This document shows positions 49,306 to 53,120 of a stretch of 53,120 nt of DNA, in pieces. The DNA comes from Tubiluchus corallicola (taxonomy: Eukaryota > Animalia > Priapulida). Within the stretch, counting starts at the first letter, position 1. The number at the start of each line of letters is the position of its first letter. The position numbers and the translations under genes were made by a program. The notes under the pieces are model-generated. The model did not search any database and was not told the DNA's origin. It worked only from the letters and a program-made list of their open reading frames with translations. The stretch spans positions 1 to 53,120 of the forward strand of contig JAQGDQ010001237.1 in NCBI GenBank assembly GCA_030141605.1. The letters run 5' to 3'.

Positions 49306-49425
49306 GGGCGACATTGAAGAATGCTACGATGCATACTCGGACACGGTTGAGGACACGCAAGACTACGGACCGTACGAAGACTATATGGAACCGAATGTGA
49401 CTTCCGGAAGGACGTTAATAACAGC
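49306..49425 (+). CDS. PKD2: Polycystin-2-like channel, coding exon 6
   Basis: GDIEECYDAYSDTVEDTQDYGP...TA; 120 nt, phase 2-2. Confidence 0.88.
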
Positions 49426-49532
49426 GTACGTTTCGTTACGATTGTGGTCCATTCTTGTTCGTGTGCATGTCATATGTAATGTGCATCTTTGCCTTCCCGT
49501 GTTCTTGTTTTATCCTCTTGAATACATACGTT

Positions 49533-50015
49533 GAATTTTCCGCGGATACGCAGAATTCCGAGTTTTTGGAAGACCAGTAGTGCCATTTTTGTAAATCACC
49601 TAAATTCGTTGAGAAAATTTTTACGAACCCACTACATTATTTCACAAGCTGACCACTAGTTGGCAGGCCGTCACTTTGTTTACATCACGTACATCAGTGT
49701 AACCATGTGTATATCTTAATACATGTATAAAAATATAGAATCAATTTGAGTCAATTGCAGACAGTTTTTATATACTTTTACATAGGAGCGGCCAGTACTT
49801 AGGCGTTTTTGAGACAATTAGGTATCATGTATCCTTGATAGTTGGGTATTTTAAATTATGCATGAAACAAGGTAACTGATATTTAGATATACTAGATAAC
49901 TAAGTCCACTTAGAGGCTCTCTATGGTCACAAAATTGCAATTTGTTGCTGGCTCTGCGGCCCCCAAACCCCCGGCGTGTTTCAGAGTTTTTTGCAATTTG
50001 TCATTCTCATCCCTG
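49533..50015. mobile_element. MITE family C copy 2 (left end truncated)
   Basis: Highly similar to 42750-43274; right TIR intact. Confidence 0.85.
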
Positions 50016-50184
50016 CATTGAACAAAAATAATATGTCACATGCCAAAAAGCAGTACAGTATAGTAAAACTCATTATGATAACAGGTTAGATTCTCAGATT
50101 AAAATATGTATTTTTTAAAGCATAATCATTTTTGTCATTAGCTAAACTTCAATACTTGCAATTTGTCTTGTTTCTTGCCACTAG

Positions 50185-50409
50185 GTGGAAGCACAAGTCA
50201 GCCGATGAACTGGACGGATCAAGACACTGGGGCTTATTGTCGTCGTACGGCGGAGGCGGATTCGTCCAAAACGTCGGCCACACTCGCAAGGAGGCGGAGG
50301 AGATTTTGAACTATCTCCACTCTAATTTGTGGATTGATCGTGGAACACGAGCGGTCTTTTTGGATTTCACGGTTTATAATGCGAACGTTAATCTCTTCTG
50401 TGTGATCAG
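50185..50409 (+). CDS. PKD2: Polycystin-2-like channel, coding exon 7 (GC donor)
   Basis: WKHKSADELDG...YGGGG...WIDRGTRAVFLDFTVYNANVNLFCVIR; 225 nt, donor AG|GCATGT. Confidence 0.93.
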
Positions 50410-51317
50410 GCATGTAACTAAACCTCTTGACGTATTTTACCTTTTTCATTTTATGAAGACCAAATTGTGTGTTGGTGGCCTCTCTACCTGCATCATTGTC
50501 AGAATTAGATTAAATGACTTCAAATAGTGCAATTACACACTTGCACTGTTTTTTAACTCGCCTGTAGATGGCAGACAAAAAATTGCTCCGTCACTATAGC
50601 AACGCCAACTTTAGCAATCCCTGTTTCGGCACTGTGATGTTAGAAGCTACAGCAGGAAAATGAACATAGCAGCTGCGTGTCACAATCTCCATTGTAACCT
50701 GTTGTTCTGGCTAAATTGTGGCCTGCTGCTGTTTGAAATTTTACACAATTTTACAGATTTCATTAGTGCAGAAAAAGTTGGCGTCCTGCAATTGCACGAA
50801 TAAATATTCCAGTTGGATATTTCATTTAATATTTAAAGACATTGGCTGTTTTAAGTAGCAAATAATTTAACTACTTGAGAAAAATCTGCCAGCATCCCAT
50901 AAAAAACGCTTCATTTACTGAACAAAACAGCATAAAACACTTAATAAATTTACCGAAAATGCACAAAACCCAAAAATGATCTGGACACAGAAATGTGATC
51001 ACTAGAAAACTCAAGAAACCTTCTTAGTAGATCCATTGGTTGTTTTTACCTGTAAATACTCGTAACAAAGTTCGCTAACGATTGTTAGTTTAAACGTTGG
51101 ATTGGATCAGACAGTTTGAACAACATGATTTAGGATCCTCACCACAACAGACTTTATACACTATTTACAAAAACATTTACAGTAAGAATTGACTATAACG
51201 ACACAAGCTGATAAGTTTTACTACAATATTACATTAGACATTAGTAGAAAATGACGGTTAGAAAATATTATGTGCGAATATTTAAGACTGATTAACTGAT
51301 GCACAGTTTTTGTACAG

Positions 51318-51480
51318 GTTGCTCATGGAATTCCCGGCGACCGGTGGCATGGTACCCTCGTGGAACTTCCGTACGGTCAAGTTACTACGGTACGTCAGCA
51401 CTGGTGATTACGTGGTCGCAGCGTGTGAATGCATCTTTGTTCTCTTCATTCTCTACTACACGGTAGAAGAAGTTTTGGAG
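51318..51480 (+). CDS. PKD2: Polycystin-2-like channel, coding exon 8 (S2)
   Basis: [26 protein letters not shown]...[20 protein letters not shown]; phase 2-0. Confidence 0.95.
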
Positions 51481-51903
51481 GTAAGTGGACCAGAATAAAC
51501 AAGTTTTGTCAAGTTATGTCGCCATATATCTTCGAGAGTTTAACTTCAAGAGTTTTTTTAACTATCAATTTTCATATGTTGTATCAAAAAGAAAAATTAT
51601 GTCTCTGCAATAGCTGATTCTTTCGTCATTAGTAAACTTTAATTAACTAATAATTAACTAATTAATGAATTAGTTAACTGTAATTGCATTGTGAGTCTTG
51701 GGAGCATTTTTTTAAGGCAGACTGTTGTCTGCTAACCTAATGCATCAAATTGGCGGAAGAATAATAGGTCAGAGTTACCACGACGATAAAAAGTAATTAA
51801 ACGAACAGGTCAAATGAAACACATTTTGTGTCACAAGATGTTTAACGGAAAATTCAGAATAGAAAGTTTCCTGTGTGAAGAAATTGCAAACTCTCCGACA
51901 GTA

Positions 51904-52214
51904 AGTGCGTGCGAGTTATTGTCTAGTGTGAACGCCTAAGTGCGTGCGAGTTATTGTCTAGTGTGAACGCCTCAGCAAATTACTCTCGACGCTTCTCGTA
52001 TTAAATAGAGAAGTATGTGCCAGCTCTCATTTACTGTTGGAGAGAAACCCGCAGCAAGTTTTGCTCTGCAGTCCTGTTGAGTGCGTGCGAGTTATTGTCT
52101 AGTGTGAACGCCTCAGCAAATTACTCTCGACGCTTCTCGCATTGAATAGAGAAGTATGTGTCAGCTCTCGTTTACTGTTGGAGAGAAACCCGCAGCAAGT
52201 TTTGCTCTGCAGTC
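51904..52214. repeat. Nested tandem duplication (35-bp and ~141-bp units)
   Basis: AGTGCGTGCGAGTTATTGTCTAGTGTGAACGCCT occurs three times; the following ~100 bp occurs twice. Confidence 0.85.
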
Positions 52215-52332
52215 TGAAACCACTTTTTAGTTACTTGTAAGAAAACTCGCTAGTCTCGCGCGCCGCATAAGTCATCAGAATGTGTGAATCGTTCTGAATT
52301 ATTACTTGTCCATATTTGCATTTTTTTCGTAG

Positions 52333-52398
52333 ATCAAAAACTTGAAATTCTCCTACTTGAAGAGCGTATGGAATCTTCTGGATCTTTTGGTGATATTT
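52333..52398 (+). CDS. PKD2: Polycystin-2-like channel, coding exon 9 (S3); gene continues beyond the window
   Basis: IKNLKFSYLKSVWNLLDLLVIF; 66 nt, AG/GTAAGT. Confidence 0.9.
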
Positions 52399-52538
52399 GT
52401 AAGTAATCTGCAGTTTTTCACGTTATAAAGCATCGCAGTGAATGTTTCACTGTTAGCTGTTTTGCACAGTTTGTTTGGCGTTTTTCGAATTTTATTCTTT
52501 GTCTATTTATTTCACATCAACCCAAATGCACAACAGAA

Positions 52539-52891
52539 CAGGAGAATTTTGCACGGATACGTGGAATTCCGAGTTTTTGGAAGACCAGTAGTGCCATTTT
52601 TGTAAATTGCAAAAATTCGTTGAGAAAATTTTTACGGACCCTGTACATTATTTCACAAGCTGACTGCTAGTTGGCAGGCCGTCACGTTGTTTACATCACG
52701 TACATCAGTGTAACCATGTGTATATCTCAATACATGTATAAAAATATAGAATCAATTGTGCGGAGTTATTTGAGTCAATTGCAGACGGTTTTTATGTACT
52801 TTTGCATAGGAGCGGCCAGTACTTAGGCGTTTTTGAGACAATTAGGTATCATGTATCCTCGATAGTTGGGTATTTTAAATTATGCATGAAA
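52539..52891. mobile_element. MITE family C copy 3 (right end missing or interrupted)
   Basis: Similar to 42741-43093 up to GCATGAAAC, then diverges into CpG-rich sequence. Confidence 0.8.
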
Positions 52892-53120
52892 CTAGTGAGC
52901 CAAATGTTCGCAAACTCTCACCTTAATCCACGCGAAAAAGACGGCAATGGCCACCATGTTGTTGAACTGCGTCTGCCAGAATCCCAGAAACTCGAAGTCG
53001 GCAAATTCGTCCGGCTGATTTAGCAGCGACTCTAGCGTGCTTCCCACGACCATCGTACGGTAGACGCTAAACGCTATACATATGATGGATATCTGAGAAA
53101 AAATTCAGAAACAACATCAG

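Overview
AT-rich animal (invertebrate bilaterian-like) genomic DNA with spliceosomal introns; no prokaryotic features or CRISPR. Four protein-coding loci are supported. (1) The 3' part of a + strand gene with four symmetric phase-1 exons, each encoding one ShK-type six-cysteine domain, plus two truncated duplicates of the last exon. (2) An intronless M1 aminopeptidase CDS on the - strand. (3) An intronless BRE1 (RNF20/40) RING E3 ligase CDS on the - strand. (4) The first nine coding exons of a polycystin-2 (PKD2/PKD2L1-like) channel on the + strand, including a GC-AG intron. Intergenic and intronic DNA is packed with MITEs (hAT, Tc1/pogo-like, TTAA-targeting), LINE 3' fragments (RTE, Rex1/Babar-like), a tRNA-derived SINE, minisatellites and an interstitial telomere-like tract. 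Most noteworthy are a TSD-flanked 5S-rRNA-headed SINE with an RTE-like body and (CAA)n tail, a neighbouring Penelope-type minimal hammerhead ribozyme motif, a satellite apparently built from a hAT terminus, a foldback element with satellite arms, and inverted MITEs bracketing a frame-symmetric PKD2 exon. Family assignments are from recalled consensus motifs, not database searches.
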